A stretch of 64,000 bases of DNA from Roseobacter sp. (GTDB lineage: Bacteria; Pseudomonadota; Alphaproteobacteria; Rhodobacterales; Rhodobacteraceae), in assembly GCF_039970775.1 (NCBI RefSeq), contig NZ_JBDVLG010000056.1, positions 472-64,471 of the forward strand, given 5' to 3'. The notes under the pieces are model-generated. The model ran no database searches, had not been told where the DNA came from, and saw nothing but the letters and a program-made list of their open reading frames with translations. Position numbers and translations under genes: made by a program. This document shows, one piece after another, positions 20,217 through 30,224 of the stretch (its first letter is position 1; every line of letters starts with the position of its first letter).

Positions 20217-21220
20217 AAGCGCTTGTTTATACCGGTGTCAAAGAGCTGTCATATATGGACCGCCCCATGCCCCAACCGCAAGACGATGAGGTGTTGGTTC
20301 GGGTCATGGCATCTGGCATCTGCGGGTCGGATATGCACGCGTACCTGGGGCATGACGCCCGCCGCCCCGCGCCGCTGACCTTGGGCCACGAAGCCGCAGG
20401 TGTGGTGGTGGGCGGCCCGGACGATGGCCGCCGCGTGACGATCAACCCGCTGGTGGCGTGCCAAGCCTGCGGGTTGTGCGACACCGGTCGCGAAAACCTA
20501 TGCGCCAGACGCCAGATTATCTCGATGCCACCGCGTCAGGGCGCCTTTGCCGACTATGTCACCATGCCGCCGCGCAACCTGATCACTGTGCCAGACCACA
20601 CGCCCCTGACACATGCAGCGCTGGCTGAACCCATCGCCTGCGGCTGGCACGGGGTGCGGCTTGGGCGCGGTGTTCTGACCTGCGATCTGTCTTCGGCACG
20701 GACTGTGGTGATCGGCGGCGGCGCGATTGGCGTTGGCGCGGCATTGTCGCTGGCCGCACAAGGGGTGGGTGATATCACCTTGATCGAACCAAACGAGACG
20801 CGGCGTGCGCATCTGGCTGATATCGCAGGGTTTGAGGTTTGCGGCCCAGACGAGCCCGCGATGCCTGCCGAAGGGTCAGCGGATATTGTGATTGATGGCG
20901 TTGGTTTTGCCACCACGCGGGCATCGGCCAGTACGATTGCGCGCGCCGGTGGGGTGATCGTGCACATCGGGCTTGGCGAGGCCACCGGGGGCCTCGATAT
21001 ACGGCGGATGACCTTGCAAGAAATCACGTTCATCGGCACCTACACCTACACCGCTCGGGATTTTGCAGAAACAGCAGCCGCTATATTTGACGGCCGTTTG
21101 GGCAAACTCGACTGGATCGAAACGCGCCCCTTGTCAAAGGGGCACAGGGCCTTCAAAGACATCCGCGCAGGCCATGTCCCCGCCCCAAAAGTCATTTTGA
21201 CCCCCGAACACGACGCGTGA
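20213..21220 (+). CDS. hpsP: Zn-dependent alcohol dehydrogenase (HpsP-type)
   Basis: GICGSD, GHE, CQACGLC...C structural Zn and GGGAIG; coupled to hpsO. Confidence 0.78.
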   Translation: MKALVYTGVKELSYMDRPMPQPQDDEVLVRVMASGICGSDMHAYLGHDARRPAPLTLGHEAAGVVVGGPDDGRRVTINPLVACQACGLCDTGRENLCARRQIISMPPRQGAFADYVTMPPRNLITVPDHTPLTHAALAEPIACGWHGVRLGRGVLTCDLSSARTVVIGGGAIGVGAALSLAAQGVGDITLIEPNETRRAHLADIAGFEVCGPDEPAMPAEGSADIVIDGVGFATTRASASTIARAGGVIVHIGLGEATGGLDIRRMTLQEITFIGTYTYTARDFAETAAAIFDGRLGKLDWIETRPLSKGHRAFKDIRAGHVPAPKVILTPEHDA

Positions 21221-21424
21221 CAACGGGCATACTAACTAGCAGATGCGCGCCAGAAAGACCATTGATATGCACATGGACCCGGTGATCCTGCCACCACCAT
21301 ACCAAAGACGCGGTTGCTTTTTAGGGCACGCAGGGTGGCGCGTTCTGGGCTGTGCGCCCCGACCTTTCCCTTTCATACGTTAACAGCGCTGCTGCATCAG
21401 CGCCTCACCACAAGGAGTACTTAG

Positions 21425-21931
21425 GTGTCCATCAGTAGTAAGATTGTGGATGACTTCGTTGCCAGCGGCATCGATTTTGTCACCACTGTACCATGCAAAC
21501 AATTGGCCGGCGTGATCGAAGACATTGAGGCCCGCAAAGAGATCTTCCATATTCCGTCCAACAAAGAAGACGAAGGCATGGGCCTGTGCGCCGGCGCCTA
21601 TATGGGCGGCAAGCGCCCTGCGATCATCATGCAAAACACCGCCATCGGTGTGACCATCAACACATTGGTCACCCTGACGCAGTTCTACCGGATGCCCCTG
21701 CCGATGTTGATTTCCTATCGCGGTGAACTGCGCGAGCCGGTCGCCTGTCAGGTGGAAATGGCCGTGCACACCAAAGCGCTGCTGAACCAATTGCTGATCC
21801 CGACGTATCATTTTCACAAGGAATCCGACGCAGAAGAACTGCCCGAGATCCTGAAATACTCTTTCATGTGCAATAAACCTGTGGCGATCCTGACGGATGC
21901 GTCCTTCTGGGGAGGCTACGGCGACCAATGA
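21425..21931 (+). CDS. comD: Sulfopyruvate decarboxylase subunit alpha
   Basis: GTG start after an AAGGAG RBS; TVPC, NKEDEGMGLCAG, MQNTAIG and SYRGE; sulfonate context. Confidence 0.85.
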   Translation: MSISSKIVDDFVASGIDFVTTVPCKQLAGVIEDIEARKEIFHIPSNKEDEGMGLCAGAYMGGKRPAIIMQNTAIGVTINTLVTLTQFYRMPLPMLISYRGELREPVACQVEMAVHTKALLNQLLIPTYHFHKESDAEELPEILKYSFMCNKPVAILTDASFWGGYGDQ

Positions 21932-22482
21932 TCCGTTCTGAAATCCTGAAAGACATCGCCCCGATCCTGCGCGACCAACTGGTGATCTGTAACATCGGCA
22001 TCCCCAGCCAAGAGCTGCACGCCATCGATGATCAGCCCACAAATTTCTACATGCTGGGTACGATGGGCTTGGCCTCGTCGATTGGTCTTGGTGTGGCGCT
22101 GGCACAATCCAAACCCGTGATCGCGATCGATGGGGATGGGTCGATTTTGACCAACATGGGCACCTTGCCAACCATCGCCAACAACGTCGCAAATAACTTC
22201 ATCCTGATGATCATCGACAATGGATCTTATGGATCCACCGGCGATCAACCCACCTATGCCGGTAAGAAAACATCACTGGCCAAAGTGGCCGAAGCCTGCG
22301 GATGCGAGCGGGTGATTGAATGCAAAGACGTCGATACCGGGCGCGTCCTGCAAGAGGCGTTGGACAGCGGCGAGATGACGGTCATGGTCGTGAAATGCGA
22401 CAGTGGCAACGCCAAGATGCCGGTGATCACCATGGACCCTGTCGTGATCCGCGACCGGTTTATGACGTCGGTTAAGGCCTAA
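21928..22482 (+). CDS. comE: Sulfopyruvate decarboxylase subunit beta (ThDP-binding)
   Basis: FYMLGTMG, IDGDGS...DNG ThDP motif and STGDQPT; coupled to comD. Confidence 0.85.
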   Translation: MIRSEILKDIAPILRDQLVICNIGIPSQELHAIDDQPTNFYMLGTMGLASSIGLGVALAQSKPVIAIDGDGSILTNMGTLPTIANNVANNFILMIIDNGSYGSTGDQPTYAGKKTSLAKVAEACGCERVIECKDVDTGRVLQEALDSGEMTVMVVKCDSGNAKMPVITMDPVVIRDRFMTSVKA

Positions 22483-22486
22483 GCAC

Positions 22487-23590
22487 GTGCGCCGTGCGGA
22501 TGCCATCCACAGCTATACAGACGCCCGCCGCCTGGCGCGCCGACGTTTGCCGTGGATGGTATTCGACTACATTGATGGAGCGGCGGGAGAAGGTGTGGCC
22601 GAGGCCCGCAATCTTGCCGCTCTGCGCGACATTCAGTTGCAGCCGCGCGTTTTGGTCAACGTCAAGGACCGCGATTTGAGCGCACCTGTCTTTGACCATG
22701 CAGGTCACGCGCCCTTTGGGATCAGCCCGATGGGGATGTGCAACCTTTCAGCGCCGGGCGCCGACCTGATGTTGGCGCGCATGGCCGCAAAACACCACGT
22801 ACCGGTTGGAGCATCTACCGTGGCGTCAACCAGTCTTGAGAAAATCATCGACGAAGCCAACGGTCACGCCTGGTTTCAGCTGTATTTTAGCGGCGATGGC
22901 AGCGGGACACAAAAGCTTGTTGAACGTGCCAAAGTGGCCGGATATCGCACGTTGGTCGTGACGCTAGACGTCCCCGAAGTTGGCCGCCGCCCGCGCGAAC
23001 TGCGGCGTGGTTTCAAGATGCCCTTCCGCATTGGCCCGATGCAATTTATTGACTTTGCGCTGCATCCGTTTTGGTCAATCCCAACGGTACGGGCAGGAAC
23101 ACCGGTGCTGGCCAATTTCACCCAAGATGGATTTTCCTTTGATCGCACCGAAAGCCGGGCCGCCGCTGACTGGGGGTTTTTGAAACGGCTGCGCGATCAA
23201 TGGGACGGGCAGCTGGTTGCCAAAGGTGTCACCCATGTGGGCGATGCCTTGCGCTTAAAAGAAGAAGGCGTCGACGCGATCCAAGTTTCGAGCCACGGAG
23301 GGCGTCAGTTGGATGCCGGACCGCCCCCGATTTTGGCATTGCGCGCCATTCGCGACGTCGTTGGGGACACATATCCGTTGTTTTATGATAGCGGCCTGCG
23401 GTCTGGTGAAGACGTCGTTAAGGCGTATCAAATGGGCGCGAGTTTCGTTTTCTTTGGGCGCGCGATGCAATTCGCGATTGCCGCAGGCGGTGAGCCCGGA
23501 TTGCACCGCCTTTGGGATTTATTGACACAAGAGGTGGGGCTGACGTTGGCCCAAATGGGCCTGTCACGCCTGCCCCGCTCTGATTGTTAA
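22487..23590 (+). CDS. FMN-dependent alpha-hydroxy acid dehydrogenase (SlcD-like sulfolactate dehydrogenase candidate)
   Basis: FDYIDGAAG, ISPMG, WFQLY, VSSHGGRQLD and DSGLRSG; downstream of comDE. Confidence 0.82.
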   Translation: MRRADAIHSYTDARRLARRRLPWMVFDYIDGAAGEGVAEARNLAALRDIQLQPRVLVNVKDRDLSAPVFDHAGHAPFGISPMGMCNLSAPGADLMLARMAAKHHVPVGASTVASTSLEKIIDEANGHAWFQLYFSGDGSGTQKLVERAKVAGYRTLVVTLDVPEVGRRPRELRRGFKMPFRIGPMQFIDFALHPFWSIPTVRAGTPVLANFTQDGFSFDRTESRAAADWGFLKRLRDQWDGQLVAKGVTHVGDALRLKEEGVDAIQVSSHGGRQLDAGPPPILALRAIRDVVGDTYPLFYDSGLRSGEDVVKAYQMGASFVFFGRAMQFAIAAGGEPGLHRLWDLLTQEVGLTLAQMGLSRLPRSDC

Positions 23591-24282
23591 CCGTTGATCA
23601 CATCCACAATCCGGCGCGCGATTGCATCGCTGCCCTTTTTGGACGGGTGAATGCGATCGCCCCCGTGGAATGACCTGTCTCCATGCGGGACCAACCCCTG
23701 CAACGAGACAAAATGCACACCGCTGTCGGCTTGCGCCATGCGGCCAATGCGGCGCTCCAGCTCGTTTCCTTCGCTGCGGCAATGTTCGATGATCGACCCC
23801 ACACCAGGGCTGCGCAGATACCCGACGTAAATAACCCGCGCGCCGGACTGACGAATGTTCTGCACCATAGCCGCGATCTTGCCAGATTGACCATCGGCGC
23901 TGATCATCCGGTTGATCTTGCCGTCGCACCGGATGCAACCACATCCCAGCCACAAATCATTGCCGCCGCCGTTCACGATCACCCAATCCCATTGTCCGGG
24001 TACATATTGCTTTGAGATGTTCAGGCCCATCGCACCCGTGATCGGCAAGTGGTACAAAACACGTGCACCAACCACCGAACGGTCAATGACCTGCTGCTGC
24101 AGCATTTGCTCAACACCGTCAGCGATGCCTTCATCGCTCCCCGCGTGCCAGGCCATCATGGAATCACCCATCGCGAGGATCCGGGGCGATTCGCCACGTG
24201 TGACTGCCTCGCCGCAGGCACTCAACAGCACCGCCAACGCGCAGAATTGAATCAATAGAAATTTCAATGTTACACCCACCAT
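23587..24282 (-). CDS. SGNH/GDSL hydrolase family lipoprotein
   Basis: Lipobox LSAC, block I GDS, GGGND and DRIHP. Confidence 0.85.
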   Translation of the reverse strand: MVGVTLKFLLIQFCALAVLLSACGEAVTRGESPRILAMGDSMMAWHAGSDEGIADGVEQMLQQQVIDRSVVGARVLYHLPITGAMGLNISKQYVPGQWDWVIVNGGGNDLWLGCGCIRCDGKINRMISADGQSGKIAAMVQNIRQSGARVIYVGYLRSPGVGSIIEHCRSEGNELERRIGRMAQADSGVHFVSLQGLVPHGDRSFHGGDRIHPSKKGSDAIARRIVDVING

Positions 24283-24558
24283 TTTTCGACACGATATATC
24301 CGCATCTCCCGGTTTTATTCATAACAATCGGGTTCTGAAATTCGGTTAATCGCCACCGGATGAGGCCCTTCAAAACCTATAACATTTAATAAAATACGCC
24401 GTATTAACCTATTTTCAGTCGCTTTAGATAAACGTTAATCTGTTTCACGCCTCAACCATACGCATATGTATTGTAAATTCCCGCGGCGTTACGTGCAAAT
24501 TACACACCGCGTCAGCACCCTCATTTGCGCCCTCAAAAAACAGGTTCAAAACGGGCAG

Positions 24559-24576
24559 TTGTCACAAGACTGTCGT
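24559..24576 (+). promoter_or_regulatory. Pho box (PhoB site) upstream of ugpB
   Basis: TTGTCAC-AAGA-CTGTCGT: two 7-bp half-sites with an 11-bp period, resembling CTGTCAT-N4-CTGTCAT, about 180 nt before ugpB. Confidence 0.65.
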
Positions 24577-24754
24577 CTATGCCGCGTAGGGGACGCCCGT
24601 GCACAGGTGCGGACTCAATCCCGTTGAAGCCGATTGATATCACGGCTATCGTGATCGAACATCGCCTGCTGTCGCACATAAAATACTGCGCCGCGCAGGC
24701 GGGTCGCAGGACACTGAAATGCCTTGCGTAACCGACAAGGGTTTGGAGAAAAAC

Positions 24755-26053
24755 ATGAAACTAATCAAAATTGCTGCAACGACAGCATTTGGCCTGACGG
24801 CCAGTGCCAGTTTGGCAGAAACCGAAATCACCATGTGGCACGCGATGGGGGGACAGTTGGGGGAGACAGTCAACCAAATCGCAGAAAATTTCAACGCGAG
24901 CCAAGGCGACTACACGATCACGCCCGTGTTCAAAGGGACCTACGAAGAGACCCTGACCGCAGGTATCGCGGCCTTCCGTGCCGGCGAACAGCCCAACATC
25001 ATGCAGGTGTTTGACGCCGGTGCCGCCACCGTAATTGGTGCCGCAGGCGCGGTCATCCCGGTTCAGGATCTGTTTGAGCAAAATAAAATCGATTTCGACA
25101 TCGATGACTACATTGCTGGCGTACGTTATTTCTACGCGGATTCAGATGGCAAGATGATCGGCATGCCGTTCAACTCGTCCACTCCGATCCTGTATTATAA
25201 CGAAGACGCCCTGACTGCCGCTGGCGTAACAGCGCCCAAAACATGGGAAGAATTCGCCGAAACCACAGCGCCTGCATTGAAAGACGCCGGATACATCCCG
25301 TTGTCCCAATCGCACCTGCCATGGATCTTTACCGAAAACTTCTTTTCGCGCCATGACATCCAATTTGCCAACAACGGCAACGGCTATGACGAACCGGCGA
25401 CAGAAATCCTGGTGAACCACCCGGCGATCAAAGCACATTTCCAAGCGCTCGCAGACTGGAAAGAAGCAGGTCTGTTCGAATGGTACGGCACCGGTTGGGG
25501 TGACAACTCCAAGCCCTTCGAAGACGGCAAAGTCGCAATGTGGCTGGGGTCTTCCGGGTCTTTTGGCGGGTTGACGCAAAAAGTCGAATTCCCTTTCTCG
25601 GCGACCATGTTACCCTATTGGAACGGCGTGACCGAAGAACCCAAGCAGACCTTTATTGGTGGTGCGGCCCTCTTTGCGATGTCCGGCCAGTCGGCTGAAG
25701 AAAACGAAGCAACTGCGAAGTTCTTTGAATTCATGGCGTCCTCCGAAGTGCAGGTCATGTGGCACAAAGAAACCGGCTATGTGCCAATCACAGAAGCCGC
25801 CTACGATCTGGCCAAAACCGAAGGCTACTACGCAGAAAAACCAGCCGCCGAAGTTGGCATTCAACAGCTGTCCTTGCCAGCTGGCGATTGGACCCGTGGG
25901 TACCGTATGGGCTTTTACGTGCAGATCCGTGACGTGATGAACCGTGAATACGGCCGCATCCTGACCGGCGAAACAAGCGTCGAAGATGCCTTTGCCACCA
26001 TCGAAGAAGAAGCCAACGCTTTGCTTGCACGTTTTGCAAAGACCCAAGGCTAA
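24755..26053 (+). CDS. ugpB: sn-glycerol-3-phosphate-type ABC transporter substrate-binding protein
   Basis: Signal peptide, MWHAMGG, QVFDAGAAT, MPFNSSTP, IGGAALF and TGYVP; GGAGA RBS before ATG 24755. Confidence 0.85.
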   Translation: MKLIKIAATTAFGLTASASLAETEITMWHAMGGQLGETVNQIAENFNASQGDYTITPVFKGTYEETLTAGIAAFRAGEQPNIMQVFDAGAATVIGAAGAVIPVQDLFEQNKIDFDIDDYIAGVRYFYADSDGKMIGMPFNSSTPILYYNEDALTAAGVTAPKTWEEFAETTAPALKDAGYIPLSQSHLPWIFTENFFSRHDIQFANNGNGYDEPATEILVNHPAIKAHFQALADWKEAGLFEWYGTGWGDNSKPFEDGKVAMWLGSSGSFGGLTQKVEFPFSATMLPYWNGVTEEPKQTFIGGAALFAMSGQSAEENEATAKFFEFMASSEVQVMWHKETGYVPITEAAYDLAKTEGYYAEKPAAEVGIQQLSLPAGDWTRGYRMGFYVQIRDVMNREYGRILTGETSVEDAFATIEEEANALLARFAKTQG

Positions 26054-26068
26054 CCATCCATAATACGA

Positions 26069-26094
26069 TCAGGCGGCCCACGCAGGCCGCCTGA
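26069..26094 (+). other. Intercistronic hairpin after the binding-protein gene
   Basis: TCAGGCGGCC-cacgca-GGCCGCCTGA, a perfect 10-bp stem; typical mRNA-stabilising or attenuating element. Confidence 0.6.
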
Positions 26095-26123
26095 CATTTT
26101 TAACGACCCTGGGGGGACAACAG

Positions 26124-27005
26124 GTGAAACGCGCTGGGTTTACACATCCTTGGCTGCCACTCTTATTGCTGGTGCCACAACTGGCCATTATTATGGTCTT
26201 CTTTTATTGGCCGGCGGGTTACGCTATCCAATCATCCTTTTATCTTCAGGACCCGTTTGGGTTTGGCTCGACCTACGTCGGGACGGACAACTACACCGAC
26301 ATCCTGAAATCCTCCGAATACAAACGCGTGGCGTGGTTCACGCTTTGGTATACCGCTCTGGTCACGTTTTTGTCGCTGGGCATTGCCTTGCTACTGGCCG
26401 TGAAGGCCGACAAGGTCATCCGCGGTGCCAAGACATACCGCACCTTATTGATGTGGGTGTACGCCGTCGCCCCCCCCGTAGCCGGGTTGACGGGTGTGAT
26501 GTTGTTCAACCAAGGCAACGGCCCCATAACCGAGCTCTACGCGTTCTTTGGATACGAATTCCGTCTGGGCGTGAACTACAGCGACACCGCGACTGCGATG
26601 GTCGTTGTCGCCGTGTGGAAACAGATCCCGGTGAATTTCATCTTCTTCCTGTCGGGCCTGCAATCGATCCCCCGCGCGGTGCGCGAAGCGGCCCTGATCG
26701 ACAATGCGTCCGGCACCCGCCGCTTTTGGGATATCACCTTCCCGCTGCTGGCACCGACCGCGTTTTTCTTGCTGATCATCAACATCACATATGCGCTCTT
26801 TGACACCTTCGGTATCATCGACACACTGGTGAAAAGTGAACCGGGCAACAACCCAATGACCCTTGTCTATAAGGTCTTCGTCGACGGGTTCCGTGGCAAT
26901 GATCTGGGTGGGTCTTCGGCGCAATCGGTGATCTTGATGGTGCTGGTTCTGGCGTTGACGATCTTCCAGTTCCGGTTCCTCGAACGCCGCATCCACTATA
27001 CGTGA
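26124..27005 (+). CDS. ugpA: ABC transporter permease
   Basis: Hydrophobic helices and the EAA loop EAALIDNA; UgpA-like N-terminus. Confidence 0.87.
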   Translation: MKRAGFTHPWLPLLLLVPQLAIIMVFFYWPAGYAIQSSFYLQDPFGFGSTYVGTDNYTDILKSSEYKRVAWFTLWYTALVTFLSLGIALLLAVKADKVIRGAKTYRTLLMWVYAVAPPVAGLTGVMLFNQGNGPITELYAFFGYEFRLGVNYSDTATAMVVVAVWKQIPVNFIFFLSGLQSIPRAVREAALIDNASGTRRFWDITFPLLAPTAFFLLIINITYALFDTFGIIDTLVKSEPGNNPMTLVYKVFVDGFRGNDLGGSSAQSVILMVLVLALTIFQFRFLERRIHYT

Positions 27006-27017
27006 GGGAGCATAAAC

Positions 27018-27920
27018 ATGGCTGATATTACACAAGACCTCACCGACGTCGCACCCGACACGGCGCGCAAACGCATCAAATGGGAAGCGGTTGGCGACCA
27101 CGCTGTGCTGATCACGGGGGCATTGTTGATGCTGCTGCCGATCTATCTGGTGTTCGCCTCTTCGAGCCACGACCCGCTGACGATCCACCGTCACGGAATG
27201 CAATGGGGGTTCGGCAGCGATCTAGCAGCGAACTTCCATCAGGCGATGTTTGAAAAAGGCGGCTTCACCGATGAAGTCGACGGTTTCAAAATGCTGATGA
27301 ACTCGCTTATCCTCGGGATAGGGTTTGCCTTTGGTAAAATCCTGATCGGCATGATGGCGGCCTACGGCATCGTCTATTTCCGCCTGCGGTTTGCGACATT
27401 CGCCTTTTGGATCATCTTCACCACGCTGCTGTTGCCGCTCGAAGTGCGCATCTTGCCCTCTTACGAGGTCATCCAAAGCATGGGGCTGGCCAACACCTAT
27501 ACGGGCCTGATCGTTCCGCTGATCGCGTCGGCAACGGCCACGTTCTTCTTCCGGCAGTTCTTTCGGTCGGTCCCTGAGGAACTCGTCGAAGCCGCACGCA
27601 TTGATGGCGCCGGTCCGGTGAAATTTTTCATCGACATTTTGGTGCCGCTGAGCCGCACAATGATTGCGGCGATGTTCATCATTATGTTCGTCTTTGGCTG
27701 GAACCAATATCTATGGCCCACGCTGATCACCACCGATGAAAACCTCTTCACCCTGGTGCGGGGCATCCGGCAGATCATTCAGGTCTATAGCGATGGCAAC
27801 TCGATCCCGGAATACGGGCAAGCCATGGCGCTGTCGCTGATTGCGATGCTGCCGCCTGTGGCGATCGTGGTGTTCTTTCAAAACTGGTTCGTCAAGGGCC
27901 TCACAGAATCCGATAAGTAA
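27018..27920 (+). CDS. ugpE: ABC transporter permease
   Basis: LPLEVRILP, EAARIDGAG and WNQYLWP. Confidence 0.87.
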   Translation: MADITQDLTDVAPDTARKRIKWEAVGDHAVLITGALLMLLPIYLVFASSSHDPLTIHRHGMQWGFGSDLAANFHQAMFEKGGFTDEVDGFKMLMNSLILGIGFAFGKILIGMMAAYGIVYFRLRFATFAFWIIFTTLLLPLEVRILPSYEVIQSMGLANTYTGLIVPLIASATATFFFRQFFRSVPEELVEAARIDGAGPVKFFIDILVPLSRTMIAAMFIIMFVFGWNQYLWPTLITTDENLFTLVRGIRQIIQVYSDGNSIPEYGQAMALSLIAMLPPVAIVVFFQNWFVKGLTESDK

Positions 27921-27932
27921 GGAGCCATCAAC

Positions 27933-28982
27933 ATGGCAAATGTTAAACTCGACGGGGTCCGTAAGGTATACCCAAACGGTGTCGAAGCGGTGGAACCCTG
28001 CAGCATCGACATCCCCCACGGTGAATTGATCGTGCTGGTCGGGCCATCAGGGTGCGGCAAATCCACACTGCTACGTATGGTTGCGGGCCTCGAAGACATC
28101 ACCGGCGGCACATTGCACATCGGTGATCAGGTCATGAACGACACCGACCCAGCGCACCGGAATATCGCGATGGTGTTCCAGAACTACGCGCTCTATCCGC
28201 ATATGACTGTGGCCAAAAACATGGGCTACGGGCTGAAAAACCGCGGGCTGCCCAAATCAGAGATCGAAGCTAAAGTCATTGACGCGGCAAAGATGCTGAA
28301 CCTGACCGAATACCTAGACCGCCGGCCCAGCCAGCTGTCTGGTGGGCAACGTCAACGTGTTGCGATGGGCCGCGCTATTGTACGATCGCCTGATCTGTTT
28401 TTGTTCGACGAACCGCTGTCGAACCTGGACGCAAAGCTGCGCAACCAAATGCGTATCGAGATCCGTGCGCTGCAACAACGGTTGGACGTCACGGCGATGT
28501 ACGTCACCCACGATCAGGTCGAAGCGATGACATTGGCTGACCGCATTATCGTGCTGAACGCCGGTAAAATCGAACAGGTCGGCACGCCCGCAGAGATCTA
28601 TAGCAAGCCCGCCTCTACCTTTGTGGCAAGCTTTATGGGTGCGCCGCCGATGAACATTTTTGAGGGCACAAGCGACGGTCAACAGGCGACATTGGACGGT
28701 GGTTTGTCACTGAACGGCGCCGGTGCTCCTACGGCAACCGGTAAGATCCGCATTGGGATCCGCCCCGAAGACGTGACCCTTGATGATGCGGGCGCCCTGC
28801 CCTTTGAGGTCGATATTATCGAAGAACTGGGCGCACATCGGTTGCTGCACGGCAGCCTTAGCGGGCAGCCTTTCTCGGTGAGTGTGGCCAAAGATCAAGC
28901 CGCGCAAACAGGGCCCACACGGATCACATTGAAACCCGACGCGGTGCACTTCTTTGACGCCGACGCGGGCCGTCGCCTGTAA
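27933..28982 (+). CDS. ugpC: ABC transporter ATP-binding protein
   Basis: GPSGCGKST, LSGGQRQR, DEPLSNLD and YVTHDQ. Confidence 0.9.
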   Translation: MANVKLDGVRKVYPNGVEAVEPCSIDIPHGELIVLVGPSGCGKSTLLRMVAGLEDITGGTLHIGDQVMNDTDPAHRNIAMVFQNYALYPHMTVAKNMGYGLKNRGLPKSEIEAKVIDAAKMLNLTEYLDRRPSQLSGGQRQRVAMGRAIVRSPDLFLFDEPLSNLDAKLRNQMRIEIRALQQRLDVTAMYVTHDQVEAMTLADRIIVLNAGKIEQVGTPAEIYSKPASTFVASFMGAPPMNIFEGTSDGQQATLDGGLSLNGAGAPTATGKIRIGIRPEDVTLDDAGALPFEVDIIEELGAHRLLHGSLSGQPFSVSVAKDQAAQTGPTRITLKPDAVHFFDADAGRRL

Positions 28983-29119
28983 CACCGCGATTGCTGGCGC
29001 TGGGGGTAACCTTGGCGCCAGAGACCACCCCAAAGAGGCCCACCCCGCAAGAGGCAGGCCCGGTTTGAGACACGCGTCAGTAAAACCAAACACCCCCCAT
29101 TTAGCACAGCCTCAAAAAC

Positions 29120-29150
29120 AAAGAGCCCAACGGCAACCGCTGGGCTCTTT
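29120..29150. terminator. Bidirectional intrinsic terminator between ugpC and the pyrimidine operon
   Basis: AAAGAGCCCA...TGGGCTCTTT inverted repeat between convergent genes. Confidence 0.7.
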
Positions 29151-29180
29151 CGTCGTGGTTCACACTAAAACCGCAAAGGG

Positions 29181-30176
29181 TTAGTTCAACGCTTTGTCCG
29201 TGATCGCCGTGGTGAACGCACCTTCTGGTACTTTTGAAATCACCGGGTCAGACCCACCTGCCAGCAGGGTTTCAACCGTACGGTTGAAATCAGCCTCATC
29301 CAACGCACCGTCAGACCCGGCCGTCAGCTTGGCGATCTCTTGCATCATACGCAGCTGCGCTTCTTCAGATTGAGCACCTGTGTCGTCGTTTTCGATGATG
29401 ATGCTAGCGGCTTCGGCTGGATGTGCCTCGGCGTACTTCCAACCCTTCATCGACGCGCGCACAAACCGCACCATTTTGTCGACAAAAACCGGATCCTCGA
29501 GGTTTTCTTCTAACGCGTAGATCCCGTCTTCGAGGGTGGCGACCCCTTGGTCTTCGTACTTAAAGGTCACCAGTTCATCAGGCGACACACCTGCATCCAA
29601 AACCTGACCGTATTCATTATACGTCATCGTTGAAATACAATCGGCCTGCCGTTGCAGCAATGGATCAACGTTAAACCCTTGCTTCAGAACCGTGACGCCA
29701 TCTTCGCCACCATCCGTGCCGATGCCTTCTTGGGACATCCAGCTTAGGAAGGGGTATTCATTGCCAAAAAACCACACACCGATGGTTTTGCCTTTGAAGT
29801 CATCAACCGATGTGATCCCAGAGTCTTTCCAGCACGTCAGCATCAGACCAGAGGTCTTGAACGGTTGCGCGATGTTCACCACCGGCAGACCTTTTTCGCG
29901 GGCAGCCAACGCAGATGGCATCCAGTTCAGCATCACGTCCGCGCCACCGCCGGCCAACACTTGTGGGGGGGCAATGTCGGGGCCACCGGGCAGAATGGTC
30001 ACGTCCAGCTCTTCTTCGGCGTAGAACCCTTTGTCGAGGGCCACATAGTACCCGGCAAACTGGGATTGCGTCACCCATTGCAATTGCAGATTGACGGTAT
30101 TGGCATGGCCATCCGCCTGTGCCGTTGTGGCGCCGAGTGATGCTGCAAGCGCAGCCGCAAGTGCGAGTTCTTTCAT
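29181..30176 (-). CDS. ABC substrate-binding protein, NMT1/THI5-like (pyrimidine/ureide uptake)
   Basis: Signal peptide, LQWVTQSQFAGYY and GGPDIAP; last gene of the dihydropyrimidinase operon. Confidence 0.87.
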   Translation of the reverse strand: MKELALAAALAASLGATTAQADGHANTVNLQLQWVTQSQFAGYYVALDKGFYAEEELDVTILPGGPDIAPPQVLAGGGADVMLNWMPSALAAREKGLPVVNIAQPFKTSGLMLTCWKDSGITSVDDFKGKTIGVWFFGNEYPFLSWMSQEGIGTDGGEDGVTVLKQGFNVDPLLQRQADCISTMTYNEYGQVLDAGVSPDELVTFKYEDQGVATLEDGIYALEENLEDPVFVDKMVRFVRASMKGWKYAEAHPAEAASIIIENDDTGAQSEEAQLRMMQEIAKLTAGSDGALDEADFNRTVETLLAGGSDPVISKVPEGAFTTAITDKALN

Positions 30177-30224
30177 AGTAATCTCCTTGTTGAATACATG
30201 TTATCGCGGTTTGTCACCGTCTGA

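Noticed and set aside
21221-21424. 38-codon ORF between hpsP and comD
   Set aside because: No RBS or motif; more likely a promoter or leader region.
21425-22482. Phosphonopyruvate decarboxylase
   Set aside because: There is no PEP mutase or phosphonate gene, and the context is sulfonate catabolism. The split alpha/beta ComDE call fits better.
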